Assembly (NCBI GenBank): GCA_035527895.1
Contig: DATKZQ010000199.1
Location: 944-64,943 of the forward strand
DNA: 64,000 nucleotides
Direction: 5' to 3'
Source of the DNA: Desulfatiglandales bacterium
GTDB taxonomy: Bacteria > Desulfobacterota > DSM-4660 > Desulfatiglandales > B25-G16
The notes under the pieces were generated by a model. It was given only the letters and a program-made list of their open reading frames with translations, made no database searches and was not told the origin of the DNA. Shown here one piece after another: positions 54,547 through 63,499 of the stretch. Position 1 is the first letter of the stretch. Every line of letters begins with the position of its first letter. Made by a program: the position numbers and the translations under genes.

Positions 54547-55379
54547 AAAAGTGGAATCTGGTCATCGATATAGCAAAATGTCACGATTGCAATAACTGTT
54601 TTCTCTCCTGTAAGGATGAATACGTGGGTAATGATTTCCCGCCTTTCTCCGTGCCCCAACCCAACCATGGCCACCGATGGATGAATATCATGCGCAAAGA
54701 GAGGGGCCAATACCCTAAGGTGGACGTTGCCTATCTGCCCATCCCGTGCATGCACTGCGATGATGCCCCGTGTATCAAAAAATCAAAAGACGGGACAGTG
54801 TATAAAAGAGATGACGGCATCGTCATTATTGACCCGGAAAAGGCAAAAGGCCAGAAGGATATCCTTGCTACCTGTCCCTATGGTGCTATCTGGTGGAACG
54901 AGGAGAAGGCGGTGCCGCAAAAGTGCACACTGTGTGCCCATCTGCTCGATGAGGGGTGGAAAGAGCCCCGGTGTGTTCAGGCCTGTCCCACCGGGGCCCT
55001 CCGCATTGTTCATGTCGAGGACGCTGAGATGCAGCGAATCATCGAATCTGAGAATCTTGAGGTCCTGCATCCCGAGTATAAGACAAGGCCCCGTGTATGT
55101 TACAAGAATCTGTACCGCTACACCACCTGTCTCATTGCGGGCAGTGTGGCCATAAGGGATACAGATGAGTGTGCCGAGGGGGCTGCAGTATCACTAAACA
55201 AGGGCTCAAAGAAGACAATCGCAGAGGCCGTGACTAATAACTATGGGGACTTCAAATTCGATGGTCTCGATGAGGATGGTGGCGCCTACAGCCTCGACAT
55301 CTCTTACAAAGACCGGCCAAAGAAGACCATTAAGTTAGAGCTCAAGACCAGTGTTAATGTGGGGACCATTCTTCTGTAG
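54543..55379 (+). CDS. Transhydroxylase small subunit-like 4Fe-4S protein (BthL-like)
   Basis: Paralogue of 50674..51510 (MKKWNL(V/I)[17 protein letters not shown]...). ATGA overlap with the alpha gene. Confidence 0.85.
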   Translation: MKKWNLVIDIAKCHDCNNCFLSCKDEYVGNDFPPFSVPQPNHGHRWMNIMRKERGQYPKVDVAYLPIPCMHCDDAPCIKKSKDGTVYKRDDGIVIIDPEKAKGQKDILATCPYGAIWWNEEKAVPQKCTLCAHLLDEGWKEPRCVQACPTGALRIVHVEDAEMQRIIESENLEVLHPEYKTRPRVCYKNLYRYTTCLIAGSVAIRDTDECAEGAAVSLNKGSKKTIAEAVTNNYGDFKFDGLDEDGGAYSLDISYKDRPKKTIKLELKTSVNVGTILL

Positions 55380-55652
55380 CTCTCAGCAAGGCGCGCTGGC
55401 CCAGAGGTAGCGCCACAGGCAAGGTGTCTTGCTCTAAGGCATTGGGATTTTCGGCATTGACATTTATTTAGGCCCGGTCTGGCGCGACAGAACAGGATCA
55501 TGCTCTTGCCATCATAACACTATGATCGCAGAACGTATTGAATTGAACCATTGTACATCGGATCTGGGCCAGAGATTTTAGTATTTGAATTTGGGATTTC
55601 TATTCATGCCTCTTCGATTTGAGATGAAACTTCATTAGATGTGTCAGCACGG

Positions 55653-56351
55653 CTAACATCTCCTCACCAGCTCGTGAAGATATTCCATATCAATCTTGAC
55701 AAGTCCATCGAGAATCAGCAAAAAACCTCGATAGAAATCTGTCCACGCATCTTTTTGTGCCTGGGAACAGAACTCCCCAACCCAGCTTCCCAGGTGTTCT
55801 GTGAGAAACTGTTCTTCAGCGGCGACCGTTCTACTCACATCAACTGCAGATGCCCACTGTTCCTGCTCACGTCGACATAGATTTCTCATAAAATCGAGCT
55901 CAACGCACAGGTAGTCCGCAGTCTCGAGAACTGTTTCATCTGGCAACAAGCCAGCCTTTCTATAGAATTTTTTGACTTCAAGAACCGACGCCCCTCTCCC
56001 TTTCCCGTACCTGTACACTCCCTCGTAGGGAGGCCTGAGGTTCGTATTGCTCGTTCCCCTGAGGATTCTGGTTCTGTCCACAGACAACTCAGCGAGAACC
56101 TCTTCATCGGGCTTGGTTCCAACAGCAGCGCAATATGACTTGACATGGTCAACGCCGGATTTGAATCGTGATCTGTCCCATTCGTAGAAGCTATCGAGTA
56201 ATTCATCAAGGCCATTGCCCTTTATCCGAATCAGGAGATCTTCATCCGGAAGGCTGCTGAAGACCCCCACGAGCGAACCGTACGCCTCGGCCCTCCTTTC
56301 GGCCACGTGTGCCATTGTTTCCCTATCCTTAAACGGCTTCTTTCCGGGCAT
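55653..56351 (-). CDS. TorD/DmsD-family molybdoenzyme chaperone
   Basis: LRPPYEGVY...ADYLCVELDFMRNL is the typical TorD-like motif. It is the last gene of the Mo-enzyme operon. Confidence 0.65.
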   Translation of the reverse strand: MPGKKPFKDRETMAHVAERRAEAYGSLVGVFSSLPDEDLLIRIKGNGLDELLDSFYEWDRSRFKSGVDHVKSYCAAVGTKPDEEVLAELSVDRTRILRGTSNTNLRPPYEGVYRYGKGRGASVLEVKKFYRKAGLLPDETVLETADYLCVELDFMRNLCRREQEQWASAVDVSRTVAAEEQFLTEHLGSWVGEFCSQAQKDAWTDFYRGFLLILDGLVKIDMEYLHELVRRC

Positions 56352-56352
56352 C

Positions 56353-57393
56353 CTATCCCCCTCCCACCAGCGTCTTCAGGTAGATGATTCCCGAACTTAA
56401 CCACACGCATGCTGCCAAACTGCCGAGGACCAGCATCCACTCTGCCGCGGTTGGTTTATAGACAGGCTTCTCATCGAATTGGCTGTAAGGGAACGGCACG
56501 GTTGGACTCATCTGGTACTGCCTCATCACGTGAGACTTCTCCAGAAAAACGGCCACAAGGATGAGAACCGAGGCAAGGGCCGGAAGAAACGTATTCTGGG
56601 GACTGAGAATCTGGGTCGCTATGAGGATCAGGAGGATGAACGTATCCAAGAAGAGAATCTTCCTGTCAACCTCGCTCCCCGTACTGGTCAGAGATGCAAT
56701 ATATGATCCGGCGATGGGAATCAGTGCGAGGATCGTCAGGATGAGAAGAATCCCGGCCAGATTGCTTTCTTTCATCCCCGTTGCCAGGGCGATCAGGGTC
56801 ACCAGGGCCATTCCGCCCCAGAGGCTCTGGGCCAAGGTATCAAGACCAAGAAAGGGTTGGGATCTGAATCCTGCTCCCACCCTCGATAGGAAAAAGAGCG
56901 TGTGTATCATCACATAGGCCAGTGCCGCAATGAGGCACAAAACGGACCATACGGTCGCAAGCAGCCCGCCATTGTGTATGATCCCAGTGAGAAAGATCAG
57001 GTTTAACACACCGCACAACGAGAGCATGAAGAAATCCCAGGTCATGGGTGACGCGAAATTTTTACCGGTCAAGATCTTCATGCCCCGAAAGGGCTTCCCC
57101 AGATCAGCACCGATCAAGGCCCCTGCGCATATAAGGCAGCTCAGTGATACTGCTGCTCCAATTTCTACGAGACGCCGAACTGCCTCTATCTCAAAGAGCG
57201 TGGCCACTGCCACAAACACGAGGATGCCGCCAGCCAGGGCCGATAGGTAAAAGAATCCTTGTATATAGAGGCCCCAGTTGAAGGTGTCGTGAAGGGCTGT
57301 CGTTGTCAGCCCCCACCGCAGCTGCTTGAGAAATACAAGCCCAGCTATCACGGAGAGTAAAACCGTTACCGTAATCAGTATCCAATACAGCAT
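56353..57393 (-). CDS. NrfD/PsrC-family integral membrane quinone-interacting subunit
   Basis: About 8-10 TM helices, positioned after the FeS subunit. Start chosen at MLYWILI after a GAGGAGGG RBS; the track ORF extends to 57477. Confidence 0.7.
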   Translation of the reverse strand: MLYWILITVTVLLSVIAGLVFLKQLRWGLTTTALHDTFNWGLYIQGFFYLSALAGGILVFVAVATLFEIEAVRRLVEIGAAVSLSCLICAGALIGADLGKPFRGMKILTGKNFASPMTWDFFMLSLCGVLNLIFLTGIIHNGGLLATVWSVLCLIAALAYVMIHTLFFLSRVGAGFRSQPFLGLDTLAQSLWGGMALVTLIALATGMKESNLAGILLILTILALIPIAGSYIASLTSTGSEVDRKILFLDTFILLILIATQILSPQNTFLPALASVLILVAVFLEKSHVMRQYQMSPTVPFPYSQFDEKPVYKPTAAEWMLVLGSLAACVWLSSGIIYLKTLVGGG

Positions 57394-57403
57394 ATAGCCC
57401 TCC

Positions 57404-58009
57404 TCAGCCCTTAACGTAATAGACCGAAGGTTGCGTGCCAAGTTCCTCCCGAAATCGGGTGCCCCTGTGATCGGCAATCAGCCGAGAGACCTCGCTCTCC
57501 GGATCATCCAGATCCCCAAAATATCGCGCCTGCGCTGGACATGCCACCACGCAGGCGGGCAATTGTCCTTCCTCCAGTCTCTGGAGGCAGAAATCACACT
57601 TGACCACGGTCCCCTTCTCAAAGTCCTTCTGTTTGAGGATTTCATAGGGTGTTGGCACGTGACCCGGGTAGTAATTCCTGATGTCCCAGAGAAACTGCCT
57701 GCTCTCGTACGGGCATGCCACCACGCAGGCCCTGCACCCGATACACTTGTCCTGGTCTATGAGCACAATTCCATCCTCACGCTTATACGTAGCACCTGTC
57801 GGGCAGACCTTGAGACATGCCGGATCCTGACAGTGCATGCAAAGGATAGGCAAGAATTTCATCTTTGCAGTCGGATATTTTCCAACCTCATATTTCTTGA
57901 CCTTATTATACAACACCCCTGCGGGTGTTCCATGTTCCGCTCGGCAGGCGACGGTACAGGTACCACATCCTACACAGCGCGAGAGGTCGATTACCATCGC
58001 GTATCTCAT
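57404..58009 (-). CDS. 4Fe-4S ferredoxin-type subunit (PsrB/DmsB-like)
   Basis: Four Cys groups: CVGCGTCTVAC, CMHCQDPAC..CP, CIGCRACVVACP, CDFC...C..CP. ATGA overlap with the catalytic subunit gene. Confidence 0.85.
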   Translation of the reverse strand: MRYAMVIDLSRCVGCGTCTVACRAEHGTPAGVLYNKVKKYEVGKYPTAKMKFLPILCMHCQDPACLKVCPTGATYKREDGIVLIDQDKCIGCRACVVACPYESRQFLWDIRNYYPGHVPTPYEILKQKDFEKGTVVKCDFCLQRLEEGQLPACVVACPAQARYFGDLDDPESEVSRLIADHRGTRFREELGTQPSVYYVKG

Positions 58010-60687
58010 TTACGTAGCTCCTTCTTGTACAGCTTCACACGTGGGGCACTGTCCTGGCCTCCACTCACTCCATCAAAGGTCTTCTCGTCTAAAGAAAGCA
58101 ATGTGTTAAAGTTCGGTCCTATTCTGTTCAACGGGTTTGACTGTAGGGTACCCAAACCGTAATTACCTGAAATACCCACAGCGTCTGGGTGGAAAAGCTC
58201 AGATACGCGCACCTTTCCCTCAATCTTGCCGTACCGTGACTCCACAATGACCATATCTCCATCCTTGATATTCTTCCTTTGCGCTGTAACCGGGTTTAAA
58301 CAAATAACGGCCTCATAGGGATCCTTGGAATAGAGTTCCGCAAGCCACGGGTTCCCGGCCACATTACCGGCATCACTCGAGTAGTAGGGCGTCTTCCAGT
58401 TTATGGCCCATAAGTCGAATTCCTCGGGTGCCCTGAATTCCGGTGTTTCCACCCAGTGCGGTACCGGACGATACAGGTCGAAGACATAATCCATATCATC
58501 GACGCCGGGGAAGGATATATTGTGTTTAAGAAGGTTCGCGCGCAACTCATCGCCTACCTTTTTTAAGCCCAGGAAATAGAAGGGGTGTCTCGTTTTATCG
58601 TCGGGGAAATAATAATAGTTGTAAAACTCTTTCCGCGGTTTCCAATAGGCTATGTATCCTTTCTCCTTGAGATCTTTCAAGCCTTTACCGCCACTGTAGG
58701 GCCAGCCCCTGATCTGTCTGTCGACGATCTCTTCCAGGGTGTATTTCCTGTTGATATCGAGCTTATATTCCCCATTCATGTTCAACCCATCGGACTTATC
58801 AACCCAATCGATGTTGTTATTCAGGTGATCATACAGCCCACCCTCGCCACACAGGATACCCAGACGCTCCGCCAGTTCCGCGAAGATTTCGTCAACGTGT
58901 TTGGTATTGAAAATCGGCGGGACCGGTTCCCGTAGCTGAATCATTTTGAGCCCATTTACCTCGTCATCGATGGATTGATGTTGCGGGTAAAAGGCAGCAA
59001 CACGGAATCGCTCCAGGGCGCTGTGCTCAGGCAGGAGCACATCCGAGAGAATGGCAGGCTCATCCATATGCAGGGCAATGGATACCACAAACGGTATCTT
59101 CTTAAAGCCCTCAACGTATGCGTGGGGTTGAGCATTCATTTTAATGGGATTGCCCCCAACCGAGATATAGGCCTCGATACGGTAGTCAAGATAGTATTTT
59201 TCGGGGTCCAGAATCGACTTGATGGCAATATGGGGAGCCGTATGCTGGTGCGGATAGAACTCCGCCAAGCCGATATGATCAGGGGGAAATTTGAAGGGCT
59301 TCGGAATCGCCTCATAGGCAGGCTTCACGGTTCCGTCCTCATCAGGTCCCATGATCGGGCCTCTGAAGCTGCAACTCAGACACCCGCCTGGTACCTCGAT
59401 GTTGCCGACCAGCATGTTGATAATCTTGCCGGTAAGATCAGCATAGGTTCCACCCCTCCGGTTTGTCACATTTCGCTCGGTGTTCAGGGACACGGGCCGG
59501 AAGGGAAACGTGAACCCATCGATTTCAATGGTGCTCCCAATCCGCGCGTGTGCGACAAACTCCCGTGCAATCCGCCTAATCGTTCCAGCAGGCACCGTGC
59601 AGATTTCCTCTGCCCATTCCGGAGTGTACGTGGTGAACTCTTCTCGAACCACGTCAAAACCAGTCCGGCATTCGACGCCATCTACCGTGAAGGTGCCGGT
59701 GAGGGCGATGTCCTTGAACCGGGCATCGAACGATTTGGCCTTGTTCTCCTCTGGGTCCCACATGAGTGGCTTCCCCGTCTCTTGATCTCTGCAATAATCA
59801 CCATCAGGCGCAATCAGATAGGGCGCGTTTGTGCGATTCTTGAGAAACCACATATCATACTCTTTGATATCGGAGAGCATGACATGGGCCATGGCAAGCA
59901 AAAATGCCAGGTCTGAGCCGGGACGGATGGGAACCCATTCCCCCTTCGAGGCCTCATACGAACCACGGGGGTCTACGACAACCAACTTCATTCCACGCTC
60001 CATTGCCCTGGCAAACTTGCGCGTTCCCGGTGCGGTTGCAAAGTTAGGGCCGAGTGAACGGCCTAAGGTGATGTGATATTGGCAATACTCCAAATCTACA
60101 ATAGCAACCGGATAACCGGCATGGACCAGTCCTGACGGATAGTGAACCGTACAGAGTGCCCCATGAGAGCCTATTTCATTGGGTGTCCCAAAGGCCTGTC
60201 CAAAAGGCAGTCTCAGCATCGTATCTCTCTCGCCCCACCCTTCGCATATTACCAGGCCTCTCTGGTCTTTCTCCCTCACCTTTCTCAAACGCTCAGCCAC
60301 TATATCCAGGGCCTCATCCCAGGTTACTTCCTTCCACATAGGATCGACATCCAAACCCTTCTCGGGATTCGTACGGACCATGGGGGTCTTTATGCGGTAC
60401 GGGTTGTACATACCCATGAGTTCCGATTTACCCCGTGGACAAAGGCTCCCATAATTGGGAGGGGCTTCCGGATTTCCTTCTGTCTTGACTACGATTCCAT
60501 CTTCCAGATACACTAAAGTCGCACAGTCACCTTGCATACACGCTCGGCACAATCCATACAGGACTTGCCGTTTTCCTTCTTCTTCAGGATCAACGGGCTT
60601 CCACTGGTATGGTGAGAGCTCGAACATATTCTGTTTTGCCTCACGTTTTTTAGATTTGCGCACATGTTCAATAAACCTTTTGAGCAT
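58006..60687 (-). CDS. Molybdopterin oxidoreductase catalytic subunit (DMSO-reductase superfamily, Psr/Phs-like), no Tat leader seen
   Basis: N-terminal FeS motif CRACMQGDC...CPRG, followed by MopB and C-terminal molybdopterin-binding barrel segments. Start chosen at MLKRF, 9 nt after AGGAGG; the track ORF extends to 60762. Confidence 0.8.
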   Translation of the reverse strand: MLKRFIEHVRKSKKREAKQNMFELSPYQWKPVDPEEEGKRQVLYGLCRACMQGDCATLVYLEDGIVVKTEGNPEAPPNYGSLCPRGKSELMGMYNPYRIKTPMVRTNPEKGLDVDPMWKEVTWDEALDIVAERLRKVREKDQRGLVICEGWGERDTMLRLPFGQAFGTPNEIGSHGALCTVHYPSGLVHAGYPVAIVDLEYCQYHITLGRSLGPNFATAPGTRKFARAMERGMKLVVVDPRGSYEASKGEWVPIRPGSDLAFLLAMAHVMLSDIKEYDMWFLKNRTNAPYLIAPDGDYCRDQETGKPLMWDPEENKAKSFDARFKDIALTGTFTVDGVECRTGFDVVREEFTTYTPEWAEEICTVPAGTIRRIAREFVAHARIGSTIEIDGFTFPFRPVSLNTERNVTNRRGGTYADLTGKIINMLVGNIEVPGGCLSCSFRGPIMGPDEDGTVKPAYEAIPKPFKFPPDHIGLAEFYPHQHTAPHIAIKSILDPEKYYLDYRIEAYISVGGNPIKMNAQPHAYVEGFKKIPFVVSIALHMDEPAILSDVLLPEHSALERFRVAAFYPQHQSIDDEVNGLKMIQLREPVPPIFNTKHVDEIFAELAERLGILCGEGGLYDHLNNNIDWVDKSDGLNMNGEYKLDINRKYTLEEIVDRQIRGWPYSGGKGLKDLKEKGYIAYWKPRKEFYNYYYFPDDKTRHPFYFLGLKKVGDELRANLLKHNISFPGVDDMDYVFDLYRPVPHWVETPEFRAPEEFDLWAINWKTPYYSSDAGNVAGNPWLAELYSKDPYEAVICLNPVTAQRKNIKDGDMVIVESRYGKIEGKVRVSELFHPDAVGISGNYGLGTLQSNPLNRIGPNFNTLLSLDEKTFDGVSGGQDSAPRVKLYKKELRK

Positions 60688-61062
60688 CAATCGCATCCTC
60701 CTATGCACATGTAGAGCCACATCCTCCCTCTCCCCTTGCACCATTTCCACTGATGGTCTCATTGGAGATGAAAGGTGGAGGGCGGGAGGAAGTAGAATAT
60801 TCTTGGGTCTATGTTCCTAGACGAAAAAGAGCTAAGAATTATTACAATTAACTGATTTCAAAATAACTATCCCTTTCCAGATGTCAATCCAGAAAGCACC
60901 CCGGCGGCCTTGTATTCCCATGCCTTTGAGGGCAAGCGGTACCGCAGTTGCAGGGACGACAAAAAGATCTTACCTTGTCGGTGCAATCGGAGCGAAACCA
61001 CCGTACTGTTTCGCCACCAACGCCTTTGCAGCCCCCCACTCGCAAATGGCAACCGCCAGCCT

Positions 61063-61257
61063 TTATCCCACGGCCACCTTCCACCAGAGCTCCAAGGTGC
61101 TGGCTCCCTCCGGACAGTCTTTCAGGCAGGCCCCACAGAGCCAGCATTCCTCCGGATAGGCTACGAAAACCTCTTTGTCCTTACCGATACCGAAGATATC
61201 GCCGGGGCAAATGCCGTAACATACCCGGCAGTTGTCGCATACTTCCTTATTGATTAC
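61063..61257 (-). pseudogene. 2x[4Fe-4S] ferredoxin-like reading frame with no canonical start (remnant)
   Basis: The frame reads VINKEVCDNCRVCYGICP...ECWLCGACLKDCPEG...*. The same frame is open upstream to a TAA with no ATG/GTG/TTG. It is not in the ORF track. Confidence 0.4.
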
Positions 61258-61496
61258 TCTCTTTGATAGAGCCAGAAAGGCAACCCTTCTCCGAGGTGAA
61301 CAAGCACAAACTTCAAGCCCAGATACCTGTTGAACAGACCGTTATAGATCGGGGGCATTGCGTGCAGGCATGTCTCATCACCAACGCCCAAGCGCGGCCC
61401 GGCCAACGGAAAACTATAGTCCGCGCATGGCTTCAGCATAGACGGCGATGGCCACGTGAGGTGAAGGTATATGAGCACATCGAGCCTCTCAGCCAT
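61254..61496 (-). pseudogene. Truncated amidohydrolase_2 fragment
   Basis: ...PLAGPRLGVGDET...LKFVLVHLGEGLPFWL aligns with ...ALAGAPFGFGVET...LKVILGHLGEGLPFIL of 63500..64000. Both the N- and C-terminal parts are missing. Confidence 0.65.
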
Positions 61497-61555
61497 TTCG
61501 AATATCGGCCAGTATCTCTCGTCATCACTTCACCAATATGCGAAAATTAGAGACC

Positions 61556-62857
61556 TTAAAAACCCATCCTGCCGGGCAACCACGTTGCCAGAGAAGGAAA
61601 AAGCATTATCAATGCCAGGCCAAGCATAAGCAAGAAAAGAAAAGGCAGGGACCCGCCAACAATATCCTTCATGGTAATGCCTTTGACAGTCCCCTTAAGT
61701 ATGAACAAATTCAGGCCAACAGGAGGGGTAATCATCCCCATTTCCACATTGATAGTGACCACGATTCCAAACCATACCGGATCAAACCCGAGCTGGGTTA
61801 CAATCGGGAAAATGATCGGAAGGGAGATGACCATAATGGCCATCGGGTCGAGCAGGCACCCCATTCCCAACAGGATAAGGTTGACCATGATCATGACGGC
61901 CCATTTTGATACGTTCCATGAGGCAATTGCCTCTGTAATGTATTGCGGTATGGTCAGACTTGACAGCAAAAAGGCCAAAACATTCCCACCAATGACCAGA
62001 AACATGATCATGGCAGTCACCGCAACGGTGCGCAGCAAGGCACCGTGTATGGCCTTTATGGTGAGCCGTCGATAAAACAGGGCAATTACAATAGCAAGGG
62101 TTGCACCAATGGCAGCCGATTCGGTTGGTGTTGCAATACCGGCATAGATGGTCCCTATTATGCTTATGGCCAGAATGACAAAGGCCCATACCCGTTTGAG
62201 AGAGGAAAACCTTTGCCCCCAGCTTACGCCTTTTGTTCTGGGCGCCAGCTGAGGTCGTATTTTCACGGCAATCGCAACGGCAAGGGATAAGATCAGCGCC
62301 AGGATGATGCCCGGAATGACCCCGGCAATGAAAAGCTTTCCGATAGATACCTCGGTAATAACACCGTAGATAATCATGGTAATGCTGGGAGGTATCAGAA
62401 TACCCAGGGTGCCGCCTACGGCAATTGACCCTACCGCCAATTTTCTATTATAGCCCCGCTTTATCATCTCCGGAATAGCCACCAGGCCTACCGTTGCTGC
62501 CGTCGCCGGACTTGAGCCGCTAATTGCAGCAAAACCGGTGCACGTGGCAATGCTGCTAATGGCCAATCCCCCGGGCAGCCAACTGAGCCAGTTATGGGCT
62601 GCCGTATAAATATCATCACCGACACCTGAGAATGACACTACCTCAGCCATGAGGATAAACAGCGGCAATGTTATCATAAAGAGATTTGTGCCGGTGGTTG
62701 CCGCAACCTCGGCGATCTGGTAGAGCGTACCAATATCCAAAAGGGCCAGTATGCCGGCAGCTCCCAGAAATCCCAAACAGAATGATATGGGCGTTCCAAG
62801 ACCCAGCAGGATTATCAAGACAATAATCAGGATAATTGAGATGAAACCAATGCTCAT
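61556..62857 (-). CDS. TRAP transporter large permease (DctM family), second copy
   Basis: 433-aa polytopic protein with SGSSPATAATVG, GGTLGILIPPS and GIATPTESAAIG. Confidence 0.85.
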   Translation of the reverse strand: MSIGFISIILIIVLIILLGLGTPISFCLGFLGAAGILALLDIGTLYQIAEVAATTGTNLFMITLPLFILMAEVVSFSGVGDDIYTAAHNWLSWLPGGLAISSIATCTGFAAISGSSPATAATVGLVAIPEMIKRGYNRKLAVGSIAVGGTLGILIPPSITMIIYGVITEVSIGKLFIAGVIPGIILALILSLAVAIAVKIRPQLAPRTKGVSWGQRFSSLKRVWAFVILAISIIGTIYAGIATPTESAAIGATLAIVIALFYRRLTIKAIHGALLRTVAVTAMIMFLVIGGNVLAFLLSSLTIPQYITEAIASWNVSKWAVMIMVNLILLGMGCLLDPMAIMVISLPIIFPIVTQLGFDPVWFGIVVTINVEMGMITPPVGLNLFILKGTVKGITMKDIVGGSLPFLFLLMLGLALIMLFPSLATWLPGRMGF

Positions 62858-62864
62858 AGCTGAC

Positions 62865-63389
62865 TTATCCCTTTTCTGTCTCTTTCTCCGGGGTTACATC
62901 TCTAAACTTCAGGGCAGCATCGCACAGGAACGTAACGACCAGTAAAAAAGACCCGAACACCATGACAACATAGATGTATGCATAGGGCGCGTTAAGCATG
63001 GTGGGTGATGTCCACTTCTCCTTGAAGGCATACCAGGTCATCTCCGAGGTCTCCCAGAGGAGCACGAAGCTGAAGATCATGGCAAATATGGCAGTGGCAA
63101 GGTTAATAATACGGATTGATTTGTCATTGAATCGATCCACCAGGAAGGTAACCCGAATATGCATCCCTTCTTGTAAGGCATAGGCGGTCCCCAGGAAGAT
63201 AATGTAGAGAAAAAGATATGTTGTTATCTCCGTAACCCAGATGCTCGGCCTATTAAAGAAATACCTGAGGATTACGTCCACGAAGATAGAAAAGGTTACG
63301 AATAGGAGGACTAAACCTGATAACGTCGCACATATAACGTTTAGCTTCTTGATCTTATCGTACACGGAGGAAAGGTTGCTTGTTCTCAT
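62865..63389 (-). CDS. TRAP transporter small permease (DctQ family), second copy
   Basis: 174 aa with 4 TM helices, RYFFNRPSIWVTEITTYLF, immediately upstream of dctM. Confidence 0.75.
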   Translation of the reverse strand: MRTSNLSSVYDKIKKLNVICATLSGLVLLFVTFSIFVDVILRYFFNRPSIWVTEITTYLFLYIIFLGTAYALQEGMHIRVTFLVDRFNDKSIRIINLATAIFAMIFSFVLLWETSEMTWYAFKEKWTSPTMLNAPYAYIYVVMVFGSFLLVVTFLCDAALKFRDVTPEKETEKG

Positions 63390-63499
63390 TATCAGCCCTG
63401 CCTACTAGATTTCTGATAATCGGGGACAAGGGGTCTATCGCGACCCCCCCCCGACCATACACGCCATTCGCTCATTGTTTCGTGACTATTGCAAAAAGC

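Noticed and set aside
60687-60762. Twin-arginine signal in the extended N-terminus (HVHRRMRLMLKRF)
   Set aside because: An RR pair is present, but no hydrophobic h-region or AxA cleavage site follows. The next 25 residues are Lys/Arg/Glu-rich. The AGGAGG RBS also favours the downstream start at 60687.
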